DNA from: Paragordius varius
Taxonomy: Eukaryota; Animalia; Nematomorpha
Direction of reading: 5' to 3'
NCBI GenBank assembly: GCA_964247055.1
Contig: OZ176050.1
Location: 12,524,001-12,588,000 of the forward strand
DNA: 64,000 nucleotides
Shown here: piece by piece, positions 38,101 through 51,419 of the stretch
How the letters are laid out: each line of letters begins with the position of its first letter
Numbering within the stretch: the stretch's first letter is position 1
Notes under the pieces: model-generated
What the model was told of the DNA's origin: nothing
Seen by the model: only the letters and a program-made list of their open reading frames with translations
Database searches by the model: none
Program-made: the position numbers and the translations under genes

Positions 38101-41100
38101 GTCTAAATAATATTGTCCACTGTAAAGAATAGTATACAAATTAAACATTCTAAGCCCTACCCAGTAGTGTCATTAATTTGCCCAGCCAAAAATAAACCAT
38201 TAACTTTAGGAGTCAACTGATACAATTAAATGTATTTAAAATTTCCACCTCCTTATTTCTCAAAATGATGTGTTATATTTGAGATAGATGGCTTTAAAAT
38301 GATTGTCTTATAATTTTGACGCTTCGTCTAAATAATTTAATTTTTCACTGTAAAGCATAGCATACAAATTAAAAATTCTAAGCCCTACCCAGTGGTGCCA
38401 TTAATTTGCCCAGCCAAAAATAAACCATTAACTTTACGCGTCATGAGATTGCTGGATAATTGGTTCAAAGGATCAATGTAATCATACTCCACACCATATC
38501 CCGGTCTAAAAAGATCAACATTTTCAAGCCCCTCAACAGCTCTAAATGCTTGGATTTGTAACTCTTCTGGTAGTGTACATGACATACCTATGTGAAAATT
38601 TATTTTATTTTATTTTAAAAGGCAAATAAGATTAATGAATTGTATTTTGATATATACCATTTACAGTTCAAATTCACCCTAAAAATAAATAATGTGTTTT
38701 CGAACTAATTTAACTCATTAATATGAAATATATCTTTATGGCATAGGTTATTATTTTTTCAGTAATATTTTAATTTTAACAAAATTTCATTTTATTAAAT
38801 ATAAAATATGGGTAATTTTTAATCTTAAAAAACATGTATCTTTTTAGGGTAAATTTGAATTGTTTGAAGGTTTTGTATTGTTCAAAGATGAATTTGAATG
38901 GTTCAAGATTTGAAGTGTTAATGATATATTTAAATATTTGGTGTTTAATAAGTCTATCGTTAGCATTTAATAAAAGCAGATTAATTCTGAGTAATAATAA
39001 TAATAATGTATAAAAAAATAAATACCCTGTGGATATATTAATGGACTATCAAATCCCTCTGGTTCCAACCATATGGGGTGAGATTTTGCATGGGTGAACC
39101 GTAATACTTTGGATTCGATTGACGGACAATACCTAAAATAATATAAAATGAAAAAACATATGATTCAATAATAAAATAATCTGCCTATTTTTTATTTATA
39201 TAATATTATATTTTAAAGTTTATACTAATCAGGCTTTCTTATCAAAACAAATTGATTAAAAAGGCAAATAATAATTCAATTCATATTTATTTTATATATT
39301 GCCTTCATAAAATGAATATAATTTTAAAATGTCTTTTAATCCCGTTTAATACTATCTATATCAATTTCCAGAAAATTTCATTCGTCATATAAAATTTTAT
39401 AATTTGCACTAAAGTATTTTTGAACACTTCAAGTTGGTCGTTGAACATTTCAAGTTGGTCCTTAAACACTTCAAGTTGGTCCTTTGATTTTTTGTTTTGA
39501 TTGTAACTTTTATCACTAAAATCGTGTATTATTCATCTATTTTATTATTTTTAACCTATAACATGAATTTTAAATCACTACCGATTTTTAATCATTGATA
39601 AACCGCATATCTATTTTTAGTTTCTTAAAATTATTTTGGATATTTATAATATTTTAATAAATTAAAAATATATTAATTTTCTGGGTTATTATATACAATT
39701 TTACATTGAAAACATTTAAAAGTTAATAATTTTGTTTTAAATTGGAAAAAAATTAGTTTGAAACAAAAAAGTGGTTTTTGAATAAAAATTTTTATTTTTA
39801 AATGAAATATATAAAAATAAAAAAAAATATTCAAGGACCAACTTGAAGTGTTCAAGGACACTCTTGAAGTGTAAATGATAAATTTGTTTTTAGATGCAGC
39901 TCAATTTTCAATTTATTTTAATTTACCGTGGACCAGTGACCTCTTCCCGTACATGGCGATTTAAATGCATGTTTTGAACAATTATTTCGTGAACTTTGGC
40001 ATTTGTTTGAGTGGCATAGCAAGGAATCTGTTCTTTTGGCTAAAGATTTAAATAAAAACATTTGGGTATTAAGATCAATCTTTTCATTTTACTATGAAAT
40101 CTATAATTCAAGTTTTTAATTTCTATTTGTTATATCCATTTAAAATGTGCCTTGAGAAATTATATTTTTATAAATAAGTCAACCAGTTACACGGTAAAAA
40201 ATTAGGTAAATATTGTCATGTTTCTCAAAAAAACATTATAATTTAATCAAAATGCATCTTTTCTAAACTAAAAATTGCAAATGAGAAATGTTGTGTGCGA
40301 AATCCTACTAATAAAGAATTTTTTATTTCAATCAAGTACTAGTACATACCTCTATTGAAACATGGGAATTCATAAAAGAAAATGGGTGAGGTATCGAATC
40401 TCCATCACTCCTTTTAAGAGCTGAATGTTTGAAATTTATGCTTTGTGCCAGCAGTCTTGGTGGAGTTCCTGTCTTTAGACGGCCTAGTTTAAAACCGAGT
40501 CTGTCAAACGTTTTTGATAGTGAGCTACACGGTTTTTCAAAATATGACATTGCCTTTACATCAGTTGGTATTATATTAGACTCGTCCATTATCATTTTAT
40601 CCTGGTTATTGGGGTTTTTTGATTCGATTTCTAAGCTATTTTTAATGTTAATACTATTATTAATGTGGATTAATTTAGCTTTGGTATTTTGAGTTTCACT
40701 TGTTTTTGGTTTTGTGAGTGAAATGTTTGTTATATGGGATGCAAGACGACCTGCTGGGTAAGTATCAAGTCCAATATTAATGTGTGCACCAAGAAATGTA
40801 CCTAAATTAAGCCATATATGTTTTAAGATTTTAAACTTTTATAAAATTAACATTAATCAATTATCTTGTTCAAACATGTAATATTATAATGGTTATTTAG
40901 AGCTTACAAAATTTAATGTTAACATTATATAGATATCCATAACTTTGTGCACAGTTTTCGTTAAAATTAATTAACAATCGAATGCTTTATAAAGGATTTT
41001 TTAACTTTGCATTTTTATGTTCAATGAAATATTCAAAATTCATAAATACAGTTTTTTATTAATTAATTTATGTAATTTGTGGTGGTTTTAAAAAATGGGT

Positions 41101-42363
41101 AAATTAAGGAATATATGGACTAAATATTTCAAGTTTGTAAAAATAATTAATCCTTAGAGATGTTAGATTAATTTTTAATCTATATAAAATAATTGCGTAG
41201 GCATGATTATATTCATGTAGATGTAACTTAGGTTTTGAACGGTAAAAAGGGGGATTTGATTGCTTATAAATTCAGTCGTTAACATAACCAATCGATAAGT
41301 ATTGTTTTTAAAAAACCATGTGATTCGCATTTGATAGAGGTAATATTAATCATTATAAAATTTCAGATTTTTGGTATTTAATTTAAGTAAAATCGCTATA
41401 TTATATGAATTTGGCTAATTCTATAATCATTTAAATATAGTGCTACATATATCTATCCGTCAAACAACAATATAAATAGCATAAATATAATCTACAAGCT
41501 TTATAAACGAAGTATTTTTTTGAATAAAATTCGTATTGTTATAATGGTTAAATAAAAAATCGTTTCTTTGAAAAAGTCTAAATGTATTGAAATTGACATA
41601 AGAAACTTTTAAACCTGTGGTAATAATTATTGCATTAGCTTGCATGGTTTTTAAGGCTTCGCCCTTTCTTAGAATGACAACACCAGTGCATTGTGGTATA
41701 TTAGTTTGGTTTTCCATTTCTATGCCATTAGAAACGCATAAATCTTCAACGCTTGCCTCAATAATTGTTAGATTTGGAACTTTGGTTTGAAAATATTGTT
41801 GGATATTTCTTTTGTACAGTTTACGATCAATTTGTGCCCGCAAACCCTAACAAAAGAAATGAATATAATTCTTGATTTTATATAGAAATATATGGGTTTA
41901 GATGTTTAACTAAATTTTATAAAAGGAAAAAGCACTTTAATAAATTAAATAAAAATTATTTACCCATACGGCTGGACCTTTTGCGGTATTCAACACTTTG
42001 TATTGGATTCCTGACAAGTCACAAATTTTTGAACATAAGCCATCCAAAGCATCGATTTCTCGCAAAAGTTGGCCCTTACCAATACCACCAAAAGATGGAT
42101 TACATGACATCTCGCCTATTTTTTCAATAAAATTAAATTGATTAAGAAAGTAAAAATTAGCAAAAAATTTTTAAAAAATATTTGTGATTATAATTAGTTT
42201 AAAATAGAATTTATATTCAAGAAATTAAAACCCCACCTATAGTATCAATTTTTTGAGTAATTAACCCGGTTTTGCAACCCATTCTAGCAGCTGCATAAGC
42301 CGCTTCGCATCCAGCGTGACCACCTCCAACGACTAGTACCTCAAAATTTTCAGCATGTTCCAT
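35145..42363 (-). CDS. MTO1: Mitochondrial tRNA modification protein MTO1 (GidA/MnmG), 13 exons
   Basis: Motifs [111 protein letters not shown]. Exons include 42363-42237, 42115-41964, 41846-41615, 40801-40350, 40039-39927, 39132-39026, 37803-37709, 37367-37179, 36734-36518, 35286-35145. Confidence 0.97.
35480..35703. mobile_element. Partial copy of the 10290-10515 MITE in the last MTO1 intron
   Basis: Shared CTCTATTTCACACTTTG.CATTTAAAACAAT.AGTTATATTGAAATAAATCAA core and the right end GTTTTTACTGTA. Confidence 0.6.
37971..38437. repeat. Tandem duplication (about 230-240 bp units) spanning the 3' end of MTO1 exon 7 and its donor site
   Basis: TAAGCCCTACCCAGT.GTG.CATTAATTTGCCCAGCCAAAAATAAACCATTAACTTTA occurs at about 38151-38208 and 38379-38436, and the flanking intron sequence is also repeated. 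Confidence 0.9.
38655..38926 (+). mobile_element. 21-bp-repeat MITE, copy 4 (MTO1 intron)
   Basis: TACCATTTACAGTTCAAATTCACCC start, colinear with 17667-17952. Confidence 0.75.
39398..39880. mobile_element. Related MITE with 21-bp GAACACTTCAAGTTGGTCCTT repeats inverted at both ends (MTO1 intron)
   Basis: Three units at 39421-39483, two inverted units at 39831-39872, right end TGTAAATGATA. Confidence 0.7.
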
Positions 42364-42872
42364 CCCACAATACGAGTGCAGGATATTTAGATGATGATTT
42401 ATAAAAGATATTTTATTTTTTGGGATAAATTTACGCTGGAAATTTATTTGATTATAATTTTAATCTGTATCTAATCATAATATAATATATTTAAAATGTT
42501 TAATATCTAGAAGATAATCATAGTTTACGAAATTATATTACAATGACATCAATATAAAATCTGAGATATTACAAATTAAATAAGCCTTCTTTAGCCCTGG
42601 CAGAATGGTAAAAAATAAACAATAAAGAAAAAATAATTATTAATATGACAAAAGTGGAGTAACTAGTGACCCCAAATTAAAAAATATATATTATTATCAT
42701 TTTGCCTTTTCTCTTTTTTGTACTAGTTTACCTTTTAGACTAATGTTATATCCCAGAATTTGTAAATAAAATACAGTTTTAAAAGTTTTTTATTTAAAAT
42801 CTATTTATGTAACATAGTATTCATGTATTAAATAAAAAAGCTTAAATTTTAACAGTTTTGTTACTTCTAGAA

Positions 42873-45800
42873 CAAGGGTACTCAAACCGCGGCCCGCGGG
42901 CCGCATGCGGCCCTAAGAGTGCTTCAAAATTGCCTTATGACCATATTGATACTTAAATTATTTTTTTTATATGAATTTTTAAAAATATAAACGAAATTTA
43001 GCTTAAGATTTAATTGGTTTTTTTTTTCACCCAATTTAAAATGTAGTGAAATTTCCCTACATTAAATAGATTTTTAAATTTTGGCAAACGTCGTTTCTGT
43101 TTCTGTATTTTCTTTTCTATCTTGAAATTTTTGCATTGCTTTTTTTGTATTTAAGCAAGCCTTTCACCCAAACTTGATACATCTTCTTTTCATTGCTATC
43201 CTGCATCATTTTATATAACTTATTCCCATAGATATTTTTCAAATAAACAAAAGAATGGGAAAAAATTCTTTGTTAATTAATGTTGTTGACTGCTTTATAT
43301 GTAAGGCCAACATAACTATAAAAAATACAATATTAAAAGACATTTTACAATCCACATTGCAAGAAACGAAAAATATAAAAAGATTAAGGATTTATATGAG
43401 TAATAAAAATCTAATATGTCTAGCTTTCTCCCAAGAAAAAGCTGTATTAGCTTCGTATGAAATTTCCTATATTTTAGGAAAAAATATAAAACCGGTTCTG
43501 ATTAGTCTAATATATGGTTGCACTTTTTTATTTGATTAATTCCATAATAAAGATCAAATCATGAGGCAAATTAAAAAACTTTAACTGATTCACATGTGCT
43601 TGACGCATTGAAGATATGTCTAAATATATTTTTAACAATACATTATTGGCTCTGAAAAACTGCAATTAATTTAGTATTGCTATTGATTCTAGCACTGATA
43701 TTAGTGCAACACCTCAATGTGTGCCTTCGTGAGATTTTGCAACGACAAAATAATCAAGGAATATTCAAAATTTTAGCCAAAGAATAATACCCCGAAAGGA
43801 AGTGATTTTCTCGTGATTAGCATTTTTTTCGATAATAATGGTATATCGATGAAAAATTGGTTTCGATCTGCACAGATGGCTGTCCCTCTATGATTGGAAT
43901 AAACAAAAGATTCATTCCTCTTTTTAAAAACAATATTTGCAAAATATTTTATCCTTTCACTTATTCTTGAGCAAAACTTGGTTTAGTGTGTTAAGGATGG
44001 ATCATTTAATTTAGTAACTGATTCGGATCTAGACCACATCCGTGGCAGAGAATTCAACCGCCGTAAATTCAAAAATCTTCTGAAAGATCCACAGTTAGTT
44101 TCATTTTTCTCTTTTGTACACCGCTGTGAGATGTCTAAGCCTTAGCAAAGTATCAAATGGATTTCTTGTTTTAAGACATGAAATTCTATTATTATTTATA
44201 AAAGATAACAATAAGTAAATTAATATATGGTGAATTTTATTAGCCTACTTTTGCGACATTACTTACCAAGTTAAAATATTTAATTTAAATTTTTAAGCGA
44301 GCAAAATAATAACCCAATTAGCTAATCAAATATATGCTTTTGAAGAAAAATTAATAATATATAAATAAGATTTTATAAATAAAACACCCCCTAATTTTCC
44401 AACACTTAAAACGATTCATGAAGGGAATTTACCGGGGAGATTAATTTAATAGTAGACAACTTTTTTGTCTAATGAGGTGAAATTTGGATTTCATAATTAA
44501 GAAATATAAAAATTGTTTAAAACTCACTGAAAATTCATGGCATATGGATATATCTAATATTAAGCAACCTGAGCATTTAGGTTTTGATCAGGCGCATATC
44601 ATCGAAGAATTCGTAGATTTTAAAACTGATTCCAATTTGGATATTTTCAAGAATCGTAGAAAGATATGTAGAGTTTTGGCAAGATGTACCAAATAATTAT
44701 GAAAATATAAAAAAATTTTCTAGTTATTCTAACTGTTTTTCCCTCAACTTATCCGTTTGAGCCGGCATATTTAAAAATGGAGTATGTGAAGAATACATAC
44801 AGAAATCGCTTAACCGATTATCAAATAGACGACGTATTACTAGACAACAAATTTTTCTGCCAATCGAGTTTTTTGCATTTTCTGATATTTAGTATCATTT
44901 TAACAGTAAATCTGAAATAAATATTATAACTCGTTGGATGAATTTTGTATAATTTGATTTTTTGAATATGCGCCCTCTTTATCAAAATTTTACTAAAAAA
45001 TGTTTTTCTTTGAAAATATACAAGTAATGCCCATTTGTAATATATCATTCGAAAGAGTATTAAAAACTCTATAAAATGCATCCTAATATGTATTACATCG
45101 ACAGTTAATATTGGACACAAAGAGCGACAAACGCGCGAAGCGAGAGCATTTTTTTTAATTATTATATTTTTAAAACTAATGGATGAAAATAGCTCAAACT
45201 TTGTTTAGATGGAGATGAATGTCCAAAAAAGATAATACAAGAAAGTCTTTTTTGATTAAAACATTTTTTATTGCTTTTATGTCATTCAAAACAGCCATTT
45301 TTAAGTTTTTTGTTTTTTAAAAATTACCATCTCATCAATATTAATTTATTTTCTTTACAAGGCTGATAATTACGAAATTTTAAAGATAAAAACAAAGTTT
45401 AAGGTATTTTTGATCTTTTTTAGCCATTATGTAATAAATTTACAGTTATAACTATGCATTTTAGTATCCACTAGGTAAAATATATATGATAATAATAATT
45501 TTTACTAAAAAAGCAAACCAAAAGCTTTTCCAAACTTTTTTTTTAAATTAATTCTAATATAACCCTAATAATCATATTAAAATAATTTATATGATTTTCA
45601 AATTAGTTTGTCTGTGAAAATTTTTGACTTATTTAAGGATTAAAAATTTTGACCATTTAAATCCAAATAACTTTTACATCCGATTGATTTAAATGACTTA
45701 CTACCATTTAAAAGATGCAGTTTTTTGCGCTCTTTCGAACGATATAAAATACATGGCTTCATATCTAAAACTTTTAATTTTCGAAATTTCGAGTTTAATG

Positions 45801-46223
45801 TTAAATCGGGGCCAAAAATTATCGATAAACTCTAATATAAAAAAATTCTTCCATGCTGGATCAGATATACCAATTATGTACTTTAATGAAATAAATTTTA
45901 AATTTACAAGAATGGCAGTTAAAAAAAGTTAAAATTTGTTGTCTAATGTTAAGATTGGCCTGTCATGAGGCGAAACCAAGTCAAAAATTTAGTTAATATC
46001 AAAATAAATGTTATAAAAATATTTATTTTTTAAATTAAATGCTGAAAACGGGTTTGTAGCTGGATTTACATGCCATCCGCAAAAAAATCATTTTGCTGAT
46101 TTAGAGTAAAAATATGTGCATATGTGTCAAATAGCTATGGACTATTTGCCAATATAAGGTTCGGCCCTCGAAAAAAAAATCTATTTTATTTGGCCCGTCA
46201 AATTTTTTTGATGAGTACCACTG
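42873..46223 (+). mobile_element. hAT transposon, Charlie/Buster type (3351 bp), degenerate autonomous element
   Basis: TIR CAAGGGTACTCA / TGAGTACCACTG. TSD TTCTAGAA / TTCTAGAG (NTCTAGAN consensus). Subterminal GCGGCCCGCGGGCCGC. Confidence 0.9.
43255..44815 (+). pseudogene. Disrupted hAT transposase (ZBED5/GTF2IRD2/Buster-like)
   Basis: Fragments ...AVLASYEISYILGKNIKP, LVSICTDGCPSMIG and TVFPSTYPFEPAYLKMEYVKNTYRNRL (hAT dimerisation region), separated by stops and frameshifts. Confidence 0.8.
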
Positions 46224-46750
46224 TTCTAGAGTCTAAAATTGGAGCAGCTCCAAAACACGATTGAAACAAAAGCTGATAATAAAATCAAAATACATCAAGC
46301 TTTTTCTAGTGGTAAAATGTCGCCTGGAATTTTTAAGTTATTAATTACATTTCTGACCATAATATTTTATTTGCATGTTGATTTAGCGATTTAAAAAAAG
46401 TTATATAAAAAAATGGCGGCAAAAAAGTTTGAAATGATGATTTTTTCCAATTTAAAATTTTTTTAAGAAAATTTTGCATAATGTTCCTAAAAGACAAAAG
46501 AACGCATATTTTTAAATTCTGCTAAATACTTTCAATACTTTTAAAGATATTCAAATTTAAAATGATTCAGGTTCATAAAATTACCCCAAAAGAAAATTGA
46601 GTGTAAAAATCACTAACTTATAAAGGTTTTTTCCTTACTTTTATATTTAGTTGCACACATGTAGTGATGGCTAAATTTTAATTTTCAGGTTTATCCTTAA
46701 AATTATATCTAGTTTTTTCAGTAGAATTTTCTTTTATATTTTGATACATC

Positions 46751-49684
46751 GTTGTTGTTGTTGCTAAGGTCGATTCCGACTAACTGCAACATTGAAATAT
46801 AGCTTCTCCATTGACTGCGATTTCCGGATCTGGTGTTTAGTTCGGATAATGATTGGTTGGTTTCTTTGAGGATGTTATCCATCCAACGAGTTCGTCTTCT
46901 CCCTCTTTTTCGGGCATCACTCACTTTCCCCAGCATCAGTGATTTTTCAAGTGAGTTGGCTCTCATAATGTGCCCGAAAAAGGAGAGTTTTTGCCGTATT
47001 AAATTGCCTAGAAGTGACGTTTCTGGGTTAATTTTATTTAGAATAGTGGTGTTTGAAACTTTGTCTGTCCATTTTATTTGAAGAAGTTTCCTCCAAACCC
47101 ATAATTCGAACGAATTTATTTGACGTTGGTCATATTTTTTCAGTGTCCAGCTTTCCCCCCCATACATGAATGTGGGAAAAACTGTAGCCTTGATTAATCT
47201 GATTTTGGTTTAAAGTTTAATGTCATGCGACATCCAAATTTTATTATATTTAAAAGTGTCACTTTAGCAATAGCAATTCTTCTCTTTATTTCTGGCGTAG
47301 AGTTGTTCTCGCTGTTAATAATGCTACCTAAGTACGTGTAGCTGCTAACTGTTTCGATCTGGTTGCGGTTGAGGTTTATTGGATTGGTTTGAGCCGGATT
47401 TATTTGCATGACTTTTGCTTTTTTGAAATTGATATTTAATTTAAATTTATTGCATTCAGTTGTGAACACTTGCAAGGCTTGCGATAATGTGTCTACACTG
47501 TAGTAAGACTGTACCATCCGCGTAGTGAACGGATGTAAGTAGGTTTCCACCTATATTAATGCCATAAAAAGAATTGGTGATAAAACGCATCCTTGACGGA
47601 GGCTCATTGTACCTTACATGAGTCAGATATACCGTGAGGTGTAGATATTACAGCCGTGGAATTTAATTAAATTGAGAATATGACGTTGATTAGGTGTGTT
47701 GACACTCCAAGTTGTTTTAGAGCTTTCCGTTTATTGTGCTGGATGGAATCAAATGCTTTGGAAAAATCGACAAAGCACATCTGCAATTCTTTGTTAAATT
47801 CGATGTGTTTCTCGATTATCCACCTCATATTACATATCATATTTCGGCATCCTCTACCTTTTCGAAAACCAGCCTGAATCGTGGATATCTCGGAATGGTA
47901 TTTAGTCAAACTGTATTATTTTTAGGAAAACTTTGAACACCAGGTTTATGAGCGCTATGGTGCGAGAGTTGTCGCACAGTTCTGGGTTACCCTTTTTTAA
48001 AATCGGAATCATAATAGATGTGCCCCAATCCTCAGGAATTTTTTCCATCTCAAATATAGTTGAAAATAATTTGGTGAGTATATCGATTGGAATATATTTT
48101 ATTATTTCAGTAGGGATGTCTTTGTGGCCCTCTGATTTGCCGGTGCTAGAGTGTTTTATCGCGAGTTCCACTTCTTCTTTCTAGGTGGTTCTTTTTCTTG
48201 AATAAGTTCGTTAATAGTCGGGGGGTTATTTACATTGTATTGTTTGCTTATGTGTTTATGCCATAGTTTGCGAATTTCGTCTTTTTCAGTGACAATTGAG
48301 TTGTTGTCGTTTCCCATAGGTCCCTTGTAAAAAACTTTTTTGTGTGGAATAATATTGTTTGCATGGAAAAGGTTTCGGTTATTTTTGGCGTCTGTTTCTA
48401 ACTTTTCACATAGTTGGTCATAATACTTATTTTTGTCCTCTCTTGCACTCTTTTGAACACTGTTTAGTCGTTTGTATTCATCCCATTTGCATTTGATTTT
48501 AGATTCTCTACGTTTTTCTGCGATCTCGAGACTTTTGGTTGACAATTTTATTTTTTGTTTAGTACGTTTGAAAGGCTGAATAAATTCGTCGGCTGTGTCT
48601 CTGCAGATTGTATGTATAGCGTTCCAAAAGGAGTTTATATCCTGATAGTTTTCGGAATTATGATCAAAACAATCGAAACGATTTGATAAAGCGGTGCTAA
48701 ACTTGTCGTCGATTGTATCATAATCTAATCTTGTTCTGGTCGCTGTAGCAATCCGATCCTGGTAGGCGTTTGACATTATAAAATGAACTTTTGTATTTTA
48801 CCATACCTAATATGAAGCAATTTGGTTACGGTATCTTTGACACGGGGAACGTCATGTGTATAGACGTCGTTTGGGCTGTTTAAAAAAGGTGGTTGCGACG
48901 AAGAAACGATGGTTAGCACAAATCAATTAATCTGTCTCCTCTCTCGTTTTTTATGCCCAAGCCCATGCCGCCCGTCATAGAAGGTGTTTTGTCTCTTCCG
49001 ATGATTGAGTTGAAGTCGTCTAAGATAAATATGATATCCTTTTTTGAGATTTGGGAAATCGTCAAGTCGAGATCGCTATAAAAATTTTCACAGTCGTCAT
49101 CGCTGTAAGAGGAGGTAGGTGCGTAAATTTGGAGGATAGTAATGGGTTGAGGGTTTGTTTGTATGCGGATTGCAATAATACGTTCATTGATTGGATTAAA
49201 AATGTCCGATAAGGTAGCTAGTTTTTTGTTCATTATTATGCCGACACCGTTGTATTTTAACGAGTCGTGGCCGGAATAATACAAAATATGATTGTCGAAT
49301 TCTAAAGTTTCGGTAGAGGGAATGTATTTTTTTTTCACGCATGTAAACACATGCTTTTAATCGAGTGGGAAAGGTACGGTATACCTATTCATCTCTTATC
49401 GATCTTTTTTACCAAAAACATTAATTTTATACCTTCTCCGAATAATAGAAATAGTTGGATTCTATTCCTTACATACCTATAACATATTTCCTATTCACAT
49501 TCTCCCATTCTAAGCACATTCTGCTAATGTTGAAATCACGTAATCTCAGCATCCGCATCGCCACGTGGAACTTACGTGGAGCCTACTTCAATCACAAACT
49601 AGATATTGTCGTTAACGAAATGATTAAGAATAAAATTGATATACTAGGAATTTCAGAATTACACATTCCCTCTACCGGAACTTC
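46751..49684 (-). mobile_element. RTE-clade non-LTR retrotransposon (APE + RT), degenerate, with inverted 5' segment
   Basis: Minus strand: APE fragments (YYSG, GVG, IYAPT, DFNS, NERGDRL), RT fragments (QAGFRKGRGC, FVDFSKAFDSI, YTYLGS, YGGESWT, LSFFGHIMR, RRRTRW) and a (CAA)n tail. Plus strand 49527-49684: ORF start with ATWNLRG and ILGISE motifs. 8-bp TSD GATACATC at 46743-46750 and 49685-49692. Confidence 0.93.
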
Positions 49685-49831
49685 GATACATCAACATCAT
49701 ATAAATGCAAACTTTTGCAATGGCTTTAATTTATTCTAAAATATATGATTTTAAGCAGGCTGCAGCCCCTAACGTCCCTAATTTGAATCGAAGGATTGAA
49801 AATATGTTGTATAGTGCTAACACTTCATTAA

Positions 49832-50151
49832 CACTTGGATACAACACATTCATTTTGATCCTTCGATTTAAATTGGGGTAGTTTAATACCCCAGGCTTAT
49901 TTAAAATTAAAATCTTTTAAAAATATGAAGGAATCAAAACCATGTCAAAATATTGCACTTATATAACATTAATAAACTAAAATATATAAAAAATAATTTA
50001 TATTACTTATTTTAAGCTAAAACCGAAACGTAAAAATTTTGTCAACGTGACATGTGTGCGATGGTAAAATTGAAAAATAATACAAAATATACCGCTTTCT
50101 AAAGTCAAATTTAGTCTGGGGTATTTAAATACCCCAATTTGAATCGAAGTG
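49832..50151 (+). mobile_element. piggyBac-like MITE (320 bp) with TTAA TSD
   Basis: TTAA-CACTTGGAT...ATCGAAGTG-TTAA with an internal inverted repeat. Homologous to 15898-16457. Confidence 0.8.
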
Positions 50152-51419
50152 TTAACTCTTCTATTTTCTGTGGACGATTACATTTTGGATAGTTTTGCCA
50201 CAGAGCTTAAACTTGTATAAAGTTAATAAGGTTTTTGTTAAAATTTACTTAGCAAACAATATTTTCATGTATCCGAAAATAAGAAAGCCTCAACTGATTA
50301 AAACAATAATTTAAAATTTGTTAAAAAATAATATGAGAGATTTTTAAAATTACATTTTTAACCAAAAGGAAAAATTGTAGCGACGATTAGATGAGGTGTT
50401 AAAAAATTTTTACCTATTAAAGTTTTATTAAATATAAATGACTAAGCTTAAGATTCGCTCACAAAACTACCCAAAAATTTACTGAGATGTTAACATATTG
50501 TTGTCAAAATATCATAAAACATTTACAAATTTATTTATTTAATTAATAAATTTATAATTTTCAGTTTTTTAAGGTCGTAAAAATATTTATGATATTTTGT
50601 CGGCTATTAAGCAAAAAGTTTTCTTTAAAAAATTTTATTATATAAAAGGCCATAGTATGCATGTTAAATTTCATCCAATTAAATATTTAACTTATGACCG
50701 TTAAAATCCAAAAATTTATGATGTTTGTTAAAAAATAATATTTTGTATATTGTATTCAATATTTTCGTGAGTTAATGTAAAAAAGAAATATAAATGTAAT
50801 TTTTTTATCCTATAGTAAGAGATATTATTTCCGTAAGTTATGATATTCAAACTACATTTTTAAACATAATGCATATATTTAAATCACAAAAGATAACGGT
50901 TTTGGTTTGTTTTTATTCGATATTTCTCAAGACGTTTTAAAATATTATGATTAGAATTTAATGCAATAGATTAACTAAACATTACTTCTATTACATCCAT
51001 ATAGTTTATACAATTAGACTAGATGACTTTAAAATAAACAGCTATTTTAAATAGTAAATTGAGAGTTGATATCAAATGCATATGTTAGTTGTAGATATTT
51101 CAATCAATTTGATTAGGAAACTATCCTAATAATGATGAAAGTTAAAGCATTTCCTTATAGATTATGATTATACGGAAAAAATTGGTGTAAAATAATTCTA
51201 TATGATACTTCTTCTCAAATCTTAACTAAATATTGTTAATAATATTTTTTTATTTATAAAGACAAATCTATACATTTCTTTTGGCCACCTGGGGTTGTCA
51301 ATCCAAATTTGTGTGAAGTGATTATAAAAGTTAGAGCTGTAAGTTTATAATTTGTTCAAAATTAAAATAATAATTTTAAAGAAATTTTTATATATTGCAA
51401 ATAAGGCTTAAAAATGTAA

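Noticed and set aside
39421-39483. 21-bp direct repeats that could look like a CRISPR array
   Set aside because: Head-to-tail with no spacers, mirrored at the other end of a MITE, and in a eukaryotic intron.
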